Part shown: positions 29,442-38,304 of the stretch, in pieces | How the letters are laid out: every line of letters begins with the position of its first letter | Position numbering within the stretch: the stretch's first letter is position 1 | Source: Thermodesulfobacteriota bacterium | Lineage (GTDB): Bacteria; Desulfobacterota; Desulfarculia; JACQYL01 | Length of the DNA: 64,000 nucleotides | Assembly (NCBI GenBank): GCA_963675595.2 | Contig: CAXXLZ010000003.1 | Coordinates: forward strand, 64,001 to 128,000 | Direction: 5' to 3' | Notes under the pieces: generated by a model | Databases searched by the model: none | The model's input: the letters and a program-made list of their open reading frames with translations, nothing else | Told to the model about the DNA's origin: nothing | Translations under genes and position numbers: made by a program

Positions 29442-31424
29442 ATGGAGCCGGTTAAACCTTCAGGTCCCGAGCACGATTGCATGATCGTCGACCAGCTCAA
29501 ACCAGGAGCCGAATTCACGTGCGAGGAACTACCGGAGGAGTATCTCCAACAGGTGCACGTCATTTCGCTCATGGCGGAAATGGCGAAGCAGGAGGGAACG
29601 GAATACATTTTCGGAATCACTGCCGGAGCCGAATTCCCCATGGAAGGCCTCTTTATGAAGGCCGGTATCAAGCGGGTCCATGTTCGCCACGAGCAGAGCG
29701 CGACCTTCGCCGCGGATGCCATGGGGCGCTTGACGAGAAGGACTGCGCCGACGGTGATCGGGCCTTCCACGGGTCTGACCAACTGTACGTCCGGTCTGGC
29801 TCAGGCCATGGCCTCCCAGTCTCCCGTCCTCGTCATCGGCGGTGAACACCCGGCTTGGACGGACAATGTCTATTTCGCACAGGGTTTGGTTCAGTGCGAA
29901 AAGGTGTTTCAGGGAATCACCAAGAAAACCACGCGATGCACCAGCCCAAGGAACATCCTGGCCGAGTTCAAACGACTGTATCGCCTTGCCATGACTCCGC
30001 CCATGGGCCCCACGGCGATGGCCATTCCCTGGGACACGAGCTATGAGTACAGCCGCATACCTCTGATCGAGGCGCATTACCTGTACGGTCCCGGAAACCT
30101 CCCCAAGACCGAACCCAAGATGACCCGCGAAGATCCGAAGCTCATCGAGGAAGCGGTGAAATGGCTCCTCGAAGGAGACAAGCCGGGCATCATCGCCGGT
30201 GAGGGTGTTTGGTACGACGACGCACAGGAAGAGCTGCGCGAGTTGACCAAACTCACGGGAATTCCCTGCCACTCCCGACGTATGGCCCGTGGCGCCATCG
30301 ACGAGTACGATCCGTTGAACTGCGGTGGTCGAGCTCGCGGCCGCTTCCTGCGTGGATGTGACCGAGCCATGGTCTTGGGTTTGCGCATAGGTTACCTCGA
30401 AATGCACGGTTATCCGCCCTTCTGGGGAGAGGAAACCAGATACATCCAGGCCCAGACCTGCCGTGACAACGTCGACCTGATGCTGGCCACCGATTTCGAA
30501 CTCATCGGTAACATCAAAGCATTGCTCCAGCAGATGATCGAATGCATCAAGTCCATGGGGATCAACAAGCCCATCGAGCGATTGGACGAATGGCGGAAGT
30601 ATATCGTCGACAGCAAGGAATACTACGAAAAGAAGGTCGCGGAACGCTTGGTGAAGATGCGCGGCGTGACTCCGGTGCATCCGGACCTCATCGGCCGGCT
30701 CATTTATGAGGTGGTCAACGAGGAATTGAACGACGAGGTCATCTCGATCATCGACGGTTTTACCGCGTCTTCATTCTACACCGATCACAACCGCTGCCGC
30801 ACCGCTGGGCGGGTGCTCGACGCCAGCGACACCATCGGTATCGGACACGGCCCCGGCATGGCTCTGGGCGCCGGTCTCGCCACGAACCGCTCCATCCCGT
30901 TGATCTGCGTCATTGGAGACGGCGGATTGGGCGCCGCCGGAATGGATATCGAAACGTGTTCCCGTTGGGACATTCCGGTGGTCTTCATTCACGAAAACAA
31001 CAACACCATGGTGGCGGGCGGTTGGAAGCTGTTCTGGTCCAAAGCGTGTTCGCCGACGGGCAACGAAATGCTGGATTCCTGGCAAACGCTGCCCAACATC
31101 CGCTACGATAAGATGATGGCGGAATTTGGGCTGCACACCGAGTTCGTGGAAAAAGACGGTGAATTCAAAGCCGCGTTGAAGCGTTCTCTCGACTTTGTAC
31201 GGGATAAATCCAAACCGGCGTTTATCGAGGTTTTCGTCGAAGGCCGGACAATGAACGAAATCTGGGCCACCTTCCTGACCAGTTGTTGCGGTTTCCTGGA
31301 ATGGGAAGACCTGCCGGAAGAAGGGCGTAAAGCGATTCTGGACCTTGGGCTCTGCGATCCCACCTACAGAGCCTTCGCCCCGACCTGGCCCGACGAGGCA
31401 TTCCAGAAGAAGAAGAAAAGATAG
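29442..31424 (+). CDS. ThDP-dependent enzyme (2-hydroxyacyl-CoA lyase / oxalyl-CoA decarboxylase / ALS superfamily), 660 aa
   Basis: VRHEQSATFAADA (catalytic Glu), IIDG, IGHGPGMALG, ThDP motif GDGGLG...ENNN, IRYDKM. Confidence 0.88.
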   Translation: MEPVKPSGPEHDCMIVDQLKPGAEFTCEELPEEYLQQVHVISLMAEMAKQEGTEYIFGITAGAEFPMEGLFMKAGIKRVHVRHEQSATFAADAMGRLTRRTAPTVIGPSTGLTNCTSGLAQAMASQSPVLVIGGEHPAWTDNVYFAQGLVQCEKVFQGITKKTTRCTSPRNILAEFKRLYRLAMTPPMGPTAMAIPWDTSYEYSRIPLIEAHYLYGPGNLPKTEPKMTREDPKLIEEAVKWLLEGDKPGIIAGEGVWYDDAQEELRELTKLTGIPCHSRRMARGAIDEYDPLNCGGRARGRFLRGCDRAMVLGLRIGYLEMHGYPPFWGEETRYIQAQTCRDNVDLMLATDFELIGNIKALLQQMIECIKSMGINKPIERLDEWRKYIVDSKEYYEKKVAERLVKMRGVTPVHPDLIGRLIYEVVNEELNDEVISIIDGFTASSFYTDHNRCRTAGRVLDASDTIGIGHGPGMALGAGLATNRSIPLICVIGDGGLGAAGMDIETCSRWDIPVVFIHENNNTMVAGGWKLFWSKACSPTGNEMLDSWQTLPNIRYDKMMAEFGLHTEFVEKDGEFKAALKRSLDFVRDKSKPAFIEVFVEGRTMNEIWATFLTSCCGFLEWEDLPEEGRKAILDLGLCDPTYRAFAPTWPDEAFQKKKKR

Positions 31425-31446
31425 AGTAGATAAGAGCCAAACTCCG

Positions 31447-31470
31447 GGGACCCACAGCTTGTGGGTCCCT
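31447..31470 (+). terminator. Hairpin after the ThDP enzyme gene
   Basis: GGGACCCAC-loop-GTGGGTCCC followed by a short TT. Confidence 0.5.
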
Positions 31471-31901
31471 TCCAGACTGCAGACTCCGAGATTCCGGAGA
31501 CGTTCCTCCGGTTCCGGAAACTCTCGGACGCTGAAGGAGGTAGAGCCGAATTCCTTGATATGTCGTTTTCAGGGCAGCGGAATGAACCTTGAGCCGGCTG
31601 TTGAAAAACGCGTTTCGTCCTCCGGGGGGCTTGCTCCTTCATAGCGATGTATGGAATGTACGTCTTCTTGGTTGGAGTTTACGGGCGCTGCAAGTCATCG
31701 TTTTTCATCCAGCTGAACCAGCGGGACTGTTTCAACGGATTCCCGGGGAGCTTAGGAACTGAGAGCACGGCCTCAGCCGCGCATAAGCCGGACCGAAGTC
31801 CGGATCGGTGAGGAATTGGGGGCCGATTTCCGAGAACATCCTTTTTCAAAGTCGCGTGGACTCGACATAGGAACGGCGGATTCCGTGACCGGTTCAAAGA
31901 T

Positions 31902-34900
31902 ATGCATTCGAATGCTCTGCAGGAAGCCATAGGTTACAGCATCGAGGGCCCTCTCCACAAGGCCGTCGATCTGCTCAGGACCCTGTTGGACTCGGGGAAC
32001 TCCGCCGCCGGACCGTACCTTGCGGACGTGTTGGCCCGTCTGGGAAGATACGATGAGGCGTTGGGGGTTCTCGATGGAATGCGCGGGGAGCACTCCTGGG
32101 ATTCCCGTTACCAGGAGCAATGGGAACGCACGCATCGGGCGCTGAACGATCTGGAGTTCGTAGAGAGATCACGTTATTGCCGGGCGGGATTTCTTGAAAA
32201 GGCCGTGGTTCCGGACGGACGTGGAAGTTATCTGGTCGATACACTGGGATTTCCCGGAACGTGGCTTTTCAGCTCGAAAGCGGGAAAATACATCTCCCCC
32301 CCGGCTTGTCTCAGGCTCCTCAAGTCCGTGGCTTGGATCTCGGAAGAAACACGGGCCGGCAGGGTAACCCCGAGAGCGATGTCGGAAGGACTAATTGAAT
32401 GCAAAGGGTCCGTGAGCATCGTCCCGAGTTCCGACCTATCTAGCCTCAAAGTCGCCTTTGAGAAACAATCGGACGGTTCCCTACACTGGTTCTTCGAAGC
32501 GGACCCGAAGGTGTTGAATTGGGAGAGGGAACAACAGCGAGCCGCGCTGCGCGAGGCCCTTGAGAAGGAAGAAATAGCCGTGCTCAAGGCACCGGTGCGG
32601 GCTGAGGAGACAGAGGGAACCTCATCCCGAGAATTGCCACGAGTGATGCTGATTTCTCCCGGCCTTGCGTCGGATTATGCGGTGGCGGTCCTGAGAGACC
32701 GGCTTATCTCCGAGGGATTTCGTGCGGATGCCGCCTATATTCGCTCCATGAAGCTCCTGGATCGCTATCTGGAGTGGTTTGCGTCGCCCTCGGATTCAGG
32801 CGATAAGCCGCCGGATGTTTTCGCCGTTTCCGTGCTGGACGCCGAGATTGAAAGCGTCTGCTACATGATCGCCAATCTTCGGCGAGCCTTTCCCGACAGC
32901 AGAATCATCATCGGTGGAGCGTCTTCTCAGACCCCGGAACAACTGGCATCGGTGGTTCCGGACTTCGACGTCATGATCAGAGGCGATGCGGACGAGGCTT
33001 TGGCACGGGTCGCCGCGATTCTGGGATGCACACCTCGTCGCAATGGAGTTTCTCAAGCGCAGTTGGATGAGATCAAAGCCCTTCCGGGGGGCATCGTTCT
33101 CCAGATCGGCAGCCATCGGCTGGTACACGGTCTGGATTACATGAACGTTCCCGCCGAGTACCATCTGCCCGTCCCCCGTGTGAGAAAACATATCTACTAT
33201 TGGCAGACGTCGCGCGGATGTCCGTACGATTGTCGTTTCTGCAACAAGTGGACGGGTCGGAGGTACCACACGGTCGTCCCCTGGGATGACCACGGAGCGC
33301 CGAATAGTCCGCTAGGCCGCAGCGCCTATGCGATGATTGAATTCCTGCTGGGCAGGCTTGCGATGGAGATGCCCTCGGGCATCACTCAGGAGGAGATCAA
33401 GAGGAGACTCGAAGACGGTGTGCGGGATGGGAACATTCAAGGACTTCCCGAGCTCCCGGAGAAAATTTTCATCGTCATCGAGGACGACGATTTCCTCATC
33501 CAACGGGATCGTGTGATCGAATTCTGTAGGCAGGTGGAGGAACTGGGATTACAGCAGTTTTTCGTGTTTTCAGCCATAACGAGCATCAGAACCGTCTTTC
33601 GAGGCGGGGATCAGCCGGATATCGCACTCCTGCACGCGCTACACAAGGCCGGCTTTCAGTCTCTGGACGTGGGTTCCGACGGCTTGAGTCAGAGTACCAT
33701 TGAAGAGAACCAGAAAGGCTACTCGTTGGACAGGCACGTGATTCCCCTCAATCGCCTGGCCAAAGGATTGGGCTTCTTCTGCTTCAACAATACGATCATT
33801 TCGACGCCGTACACCACGCTTCCTCAGCTGATCGAGTCGCTCATCTTCTATGTGGTGTGTCCCTATCCCATCAACACGGCGATTGAGATCGGGATCATGG
33901 GTCACATCGGCAACAAATACACCAACGAGGATTTCGTCAACCAGCAGTACGACTGGACGGACGAACCGGGAAAAGATTTCGGGCATTACCGCCTGATCGA
34001 CAACTACAGGGTTCCCAAGGACTTTCCCGAGTATGCCCTGAACGGGTCTCTCATCATCGGTTACGCGGATCCCAAGGTGCGCGATTTGGTTCTCGAGTTC
34101 CCAAAACAACGTACGGAAGATTTCATTCAGGAGAAACTCTCCCCGGAAGATGTTCGCTCCGTGCTCGAGAGTTGGATCAATCTTCCGGACAGCCGTTCGG
34201 AAACCAAGGCATTGGGATTAACCATTTCGCTGCTCACCCAAGGCCTTCCCTGGAGCAAATTCGGCGCCACCCTGTCCAGGATTAAAGATGAAATGAGCGC
34301 GCTGAACATATCGTCTTTCGTGGACTACTATGATGCCTTGTCCCAAGGGGCCGTTGAAAACGACTCCTTCTATATGAAGACCCGCGAGGCGATGGGTGAA
34401 GCGCTGGAGTCCAAAGAAAAGGGGGATTGGGGAAGAGCGGAGGAGGCGTTTCGAAACCTGACCGAGCGAGTCCCGTGGTACTTCCGTCCACACCGGGAGC
34501 GGATGATCTGCCTGCTGCAACTCGGGCGGTACTCGGAGGCCGTGGAGCACTTCGCCAAGTACCAGCTGATAGATCCCAATCTGCATTTTTACCACTCGTA
34601 TTTTGGACAGGTGCTGAAATCCCTTGGACTCGACGATGCCGTGCGAACCCAACGTGCCATGTTTCACATCCCTCGATATTTCACCATCAGTCCGATCTTT
34701 TATTATCTTGCGTTGATTATGGAGGTCGCTGGGGGTGACGAGGTGCGCGGCTTCGCTTTCCCACCGGTGCATCCGGAACGAATCGAACGGATGTATGATC
34801 TGTTCGACTATCTGACCATCGACCTTATCCGGGGCTGGGTGGAGCCTCGTCGCGAGAGTCTTCGGAAAGACCTTTTGGAAGGTCGAGAGGTGTTGATATG

Positions 34901-35000
34901 CGGCGTCCCCGTCAGGTTGGACCTGAACCAACGCTTGTTGATCGTGGACTACGACCGGGTGTCGCCTAATTCCATGAATGAAACGAGGAGTGATCCATGA
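31902..35000 (+). CDS. Large radical SAM protein with a B12-binding-like domain and TPR-like termini
   Basis: TSRGCPYDCRFC (CxxxCxxC); upstream PDVFAVS...IIIGG...DVMIRGDAD cobalamin-binding-like Rossmann segment; EDDDF; TPR-like LARLGRYDEA and LQLGRYSEA. Confidence 0.82.
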   Translation: MHSNALQEAIGYSIEGPLHKAVDLLRTLLDSGNSAAGPYLADVLARLGRYDEALGVLDGMRGEHSWDSRYQEQWERTHRALNDLEFVERSRYCRAGFLEKAVVPDGRGSYLVDTLGFPGTWLFSSKAGKYISPPACLRLLKSVAWISEETRAGRVTPRAMSEGLIECKGSVSIVPSSDLSSLKVAFEKQSDGSLHWFFEADPKVLNWEREQQRAALREALEKEEIAVLKAPVRAEETEGTSSRELPRVMLISPGLASDYAVAVLRDRLISEGFRADAAYIRSMKLLDRYLEWFASPSDSGDKPPDVFAVSVLDAEIESVCYMIANLRRAFPDSRIIIGGASSQTPEQLASVVPDFDVMIRGDADEALARVAAILGCTPRRNGVSQAQLDEIKALPGGIVLQIGSHRLVHGLDYMNVPAEYHLPVPRVRKHIYYWQTSRGCPYDCRFCNKWTGRRYHTVVPWDDHGAPNSPLGRSAYAMIEFLLGRLAMEMPSGITQEEIKRRLEDGVRDGNIQGLPELPEKIFIVIEDDDFLIQRDRVIEFCRQVEELGLQQFFVFSAITSIRTVFRGGDQPDIALLHALHKAGFQSLDVGSDGLSQSTIEENQKGYSLDRHVIPLNRLAKGLGFFCFNNTIISTPYTTLPQLIESLIFYVVCPYPINTAIEIGIMGHIGNKYTNEDFVNQQYDWTDEPGKDFGHYRLIDNYRVPKDFPEYALNGSLIIGYADPKVRDLVLEFPKQRTEDFIQEKLSPEDVRSVLESWINLPDSRSETKALGLTISLLTQGLPWSKFGATLSRIKDEMSALNISSFVDYYDALSQGAVENDSFYMKTREAMGEALESKEKGDWGRAEEAFRNLTERVPWYFRPHRERMICLLQLGRYSEAVEHFAKYQLIDPNLHFYHSYFGQVLKSLGLDDAVRTQRAMFHIPRYFTISPIFYYLALIMEVAGGDEVRGFAFPPVHPERIERMYDLFDYLTIDLIRGWVEPRRESLRKDLLEGREVLICGVPVRLDLNQRLLIVDYDRVSPNSMNETRSDP

Positions 35001-36394
35001 ACCGACCCGGAACGCTTGCGGAACTGCGCGAGGCGGGTGTGACCACCAGATCGATTCGAACCGAACTGCGCTCCAACCTCATCGATCGTATCCGTTCGGG
35101 GGAAGGCATCTTTCCGGGCATTATCGGGTTCGACCAGTCCGTGCTGCCGCAGATCGAGAACGCCGTTCTTTCCGGCCAGGACATGGTGTTGCTTGGGGAA
35201 AGAGGACAGGCAAAGACCCGGCTCATGAGGTCCTTGACCCGGCTTCTCGACGACGAAATTCCCGCCGTGGCCGGCTGTGAACTGCGTGACGATCCGTTCG
35301 ATCCCATTTGTGAACACTGTAAACGAACCATCGAAAAGATGGGGCCTGATACGCCCATCCAATGGGTGAGCCGCGACCTCCGATACACCGAAAAACTGGC
35401 CACGCCCGATGTGACCGTGGCGGACCTCATCGGTGAAGTGGACCCCATCAAGGTGGCCGAGGGACGATACTTGTCCGACGTTTCGACCATACACTATGGT
35501 TTGGTGCCGCGTTCCAACCGGGGTATTTTCGCTTTTAACGAGCTCCCCGATTTGGCGGAGAAGATCCAAGTCGGGCTCTTCAACGTCCTGGAAGAACGCG
35601 ACGTGCAGATCAGAGGGTTCACGGTCCGACTTCCTTTGGACATCTTTTTCGTGGCCAGCGCCAATCCCGAAGACTACACGAATCGCGGGCGGATCATCAC
35701 CCCGCTCAAGGATCGCTTCGGTTCCTGCATTCGTACGCACTATCCGGAATCGAGGGAAGAGGAAATCATCATCATCGATCAAGAGAGGCGGCCGTTTCCC
35801 GAAGAAGACGAGGTTCATGTCCCGAGCTACATGAAGGAAATCATCGCGGAAATATCGAGAAAGGCCAGAAATCATCCCGAGATCGACCAGCGATCTGGTG
35901 TGAGCGTACGAGCATCCATCCACAACATGGAAAATCTGCTTTCCAACGCATTCAGGCGCAGCCTGAAATTCAGCTCGGAGCGTGCCGTTCCACGCATCAG
36001 CGACCTAGCCTACCTCAAGGCATCCTTGTTGGGCAAGATCGAATTCGAAGGTTTTGGAGAACAGCCGGAAGACAAGGTGATTTCGGAAGTGCTCGACCAG
36101 GCGGTGAGGGAAGTGTTCGAGTCATATCGGCGCAATGAGGACTTCAAAACCTTCCTGGCCAATTTCGAGGACTCACGAGAGGTACTGGTGTCGGCGGATT
36201 GGTCGGGCTCACAATATGAGAAGCAAGCGGGATCTCTGGAAGGCGCCGAGGAGGTCTTTGCCCTCGCGGAGGGGAGCGGGCCCGAGGAAAGGGCTTCCGC
36301 TTTGGAGTTCGTACTCGAGGGCCTTCGGCTCAGAGGACAACTGGGCAAAGACGAAATCGCAGGGACGGTCCACTATCATCGCAGCCGGGATTGA
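34997..36394 (+). CDS. Chelatase/MoxR-like AAA+ ATPase (Rv0958-like)
   Basis: Walker A GERGQAKT, EKLATPD, DPIKVAEGR, NELPDL, ASANPEDYTNRGRIITPLKDRFG, SGVSVR. ATGA overlap with the radical SAM gene. Confidence 0.9.
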   Translation: MNRPGTLAELREAGVTTRSIRTELRSNLIDRIRSGEGIFPGIIGFDQSVLPQIENAVLSGQDMVLLGERGQAKTRLMRSLTRLLDDEIPAVAGCELRDDPFDPICEHCKRTIEKMGPDTPIQWVSRDLRYTEKLATPDVTVADLIGEVDPIKVAEGRYLSDVSTIHYGLVPRSNRGIFAFNELPDLAEKIQVGLFNVLEERDVQIRGFTVRLPLDIFFVASANPEDYTNRGRIITPLKDRFGSCIRTHYPESREEEIIIIDQERRPFPEEDEVHVPSYMKEIIAEISRKARNHPEIDQRSGVSVRASIHNMENLLSNAFRRSLKFSSERAVPRISDLAYLKASLLGKIEFEGFGEQPEDKVISEVLDQAVREVFESYRRNEDFKTFLANFEDSREVLVSADWSGSQYEKQAGSLEGAEEVFALAEGSGPEERASALEFVLEGLRLRGQLGKDEIAGTVHYHRSRD

Positions 36395-36687
36395 AACGAC
36401 CTTTTCTTCTATCCGAGAATACAAGACCTCCGGAATCCCGCGGCCGAGCGAACAAGGGCGAAACGGCCGTTCGGAGCCCCCTGGACAAGTCGTCGTCTTA
36501 GGGTCCAATGTTTGTTCGTATTCACAGGGTCACAGGGTCACAGGGGGAACGCTCTTACCGCCGGATCCATTGTATGGGCTCCTTCCCGCCTGTACGTGAC
36601 GAAGCCGAACCAGGGAGATTCTTTGCCGATTCAGGAGATGTGAGGAACGTTGGAAATCAGTGAGCAGACCTATCTCTCCGAGCCTCT

Positions 36688-36775
36688 CCGCCGAAGGCGG
36701 TGAGGCCTACTTGAAACGTTTCAAGGGGGGCGCACGGGGGGAACTTTTCTAAAAGTTCCCCCCGTGAATGATTAC
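36688..36775 (+). repeat. Palindromic intergenic element A, copy 1
   Basis: CCGCCGAAGGCGG...CTTGAAACGTTTCAAG...GGGGGGAACTTTTCTAAAAGTTCCCCCC-GTGAAT; inverted copy at 38072-38152. Confidence 0.75.
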
Positions 36776-36860
36776 CAATGTTTTTCTCTTGCTCTTTTCA
36801 AAGTCGTTCAAGCGTGCCTCACCGTCTCCGAGGGAGAGGCTCGCGGACGCACCACCGCAT

Positions 36861-37967
36861 TCAGGGTCGTTCCCAAGCCGTGATGCGGTTTCCCTCCTTG
36901 GCCATGGGAATGGAAGAGAACAGCTCGATTTTCGGGAACAGCTCCTCGGTGCGCACGTTTTTCCACCCGGCCGCGGACAGCACGGGAACGATGAACTCCT
37001 CATGGAAATCCCGAGAGTGGCTGGTTACCAGGTATTTCCGGGCCACGTCGAGAAGCTGTGACGGGAACCGCTTGAAATAATAGAGCACACTGGAAGCGAA
37101 AACCAGGTCGAAGGCCCGGTCCATCTGCCGGACGCTTCCCTGGACCACGGTCACTCGATCTCCAAGCCGGGATCGCAACAGCCCCTCGAAACGTTCGTTG
37201 GGCTCGTATGCGGTGATGGAACGTTCCGGGAATTCCTTAACCAAGCGCTCCGTGAACGTGCCGAGGCAGGCTCCCAGTTCCGCCAGGCTTTCCCATTGGA
37301 GAGACCTGATTACCTCCAGTTCCAACACATAGCGTTCCTGATCGTAGCGGGAGGTTTCCACGTCCCAGGGGTTCTCGTCCATGAGGTCCGCGGTGGTCAG
37401 GGCCAGCCACTGGTGTGCGAAGCGGAGCACGTCGGCTCCGTTGAGCCTGCGATACTGCCGAACCCCTCGGATGTCCCTCGCCTGAAGCTTCCGAGCCGAC
37501 AGTCTCGGGCCGTGGAACTCACCGGCAACCTCGACGAGGCGGAAGTAATCGGCATCGTTCAAAAGGTGCGACTCCGTGGCCGGCCCGCCGTCCGCGGCCA
37601 TCCAGACGGTATCGAGATGACGGGCGGCGCTGAAGGAAATGATGCGTCGGAACAGGATAGGGTCGTCCACATCGGGGATGTACACGCGATCATACCCGTG
37701 AATTAGGGGTTTCAGCGCTTGGGATATCTCGAACCAGTCATAGCGCTCCACCGGCATGGCCGCGAGGTTCAATTCTCCGACGATTTTCAGGTTCAAGCGC
37801 CGGCAGGCGTCACGCCAGGCCTTCGCGGATTCCGCATAGGACTGCTCTCGAACCGGATCCGAACAGGCGAGAACCGCGTGCCACTCGGCGTTGTTGTGGG
37901 CCGTGACGGCATTTCCGAACAAAGAGATTTCATCTCCGGGGACCGCGCATAGGATGAGATTTTTCAT
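36861..37967 (-). CDS. Degenerate PIG-L-like domain fused to a NodS-like SAM methyltransferase
   Basis: C-terminal NPWDVETSRYDQERY, ELGACLGTFT, FDLVFASSVLYY. N-terminal LILCAVPGDE resembles the AHPDDE motif without the His. Confidence 0.7.
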   Translation of the reverse strand: MKNLILCAVPGDEISLFGNAVTAHNNAEWHAVLACSDPVREQSYAESAKAWRDACRRLNLKIVGELNLAAMPVERYDWFEISQALKPLIHGYDRVYIPDVDDPILFRRIISFSAARHLDTVWMAADGGPATESHLLNDADYFRLVEVAGEFHGPRLSARKLQARDIRGVRQYRRLNGADVLRFAHQWLALTTADLMDENPWDVETSRYDQERYVLELEVIRSLQWESLAELGACLGTFTERLVKEFPERSITAYEPNERFEGLLRSRLGDRVTVVQGSVRQMDRAFDLVFASSVLYYFKRFPSQLLDVARKYLVTSHSRDFHEEFIVPVLSAAGWKNVRTEELFPKIELFSSIPMAKEGNRITAWERP

Positions 37968-38071
37968 GAGTCCGATCGCTTATACGACGTGGGTTTGAAG
38001 TCTTCGCCGGCCTGGAGTATCCCATCGGCGGGTGGAATGCGATGAGCGACTGATGTAAGATGCTTATTTTA

Positions 38072-38152
38072 ATTCATGGGGGGGAAACTTTCGAGAAAGT
38101 TTCCCCCCGCCCCCTTCAAAGCTTTTCAAGAATGCGCCACCGCCTTAGGCGG
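38072..38152 (-). repeat. Palindromic intergenic element A, copy 2 (inverted)
   Basis: Reverse complement reads CCGCCTAAGGCGG...CTTGAAAAGCTTTGAAG...GGGGGGAAACTTTCTCGAAAGTTTCCCCCC-CATGAAT. Confidence 0.75.
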
Positions 38153-38169
38153 AGCCGGGGGTTTGGCAG

Positions 38170-38229
38170 GGAGCCCGAGGGAACCTTTTTTCAAAAAGGG
38201 TTCCCTCGGATGCCCCTCTGAATACTCAC
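38170..38229 (+). repeat. Palindromic element B, copy 1
   Basis: GGAGCCCGAGGGAACCTTTTTTCAAAAAGGGTTCCCTCGGATGCCCCTCTGAATACTCAC; near-identical copy at 39765-39825. Confidence 0.9.
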
Positions 38230-38304
38230 AAAAGCTTACCTCTGAACCAGTATAGGCAATGATCCGACGCAGGCAAACTCACCGTCGGACAAACGGGAGA
38301 ATGT

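Noticed and set aside
29529-30680. 383-aa minus-strand ORF
   Set aside because: Antisense shadow of the ThDP enzyme.
31425-31901. Possible RiPP precursor upstream of the radical SAM gene
   Set aside because: No short ORF with a convincing RBS-start pairing or precursor-like composition; the region holds hairpins and a possible IS-end remnant (GGCTGTTGAAAAA).
34997-36394. True Mg-chelatase / photosynthesis gene
   Set aside because: No bchH/chlH or tetrapyrrole genes nearby; the motifs match the Rv0958-like AAA family.
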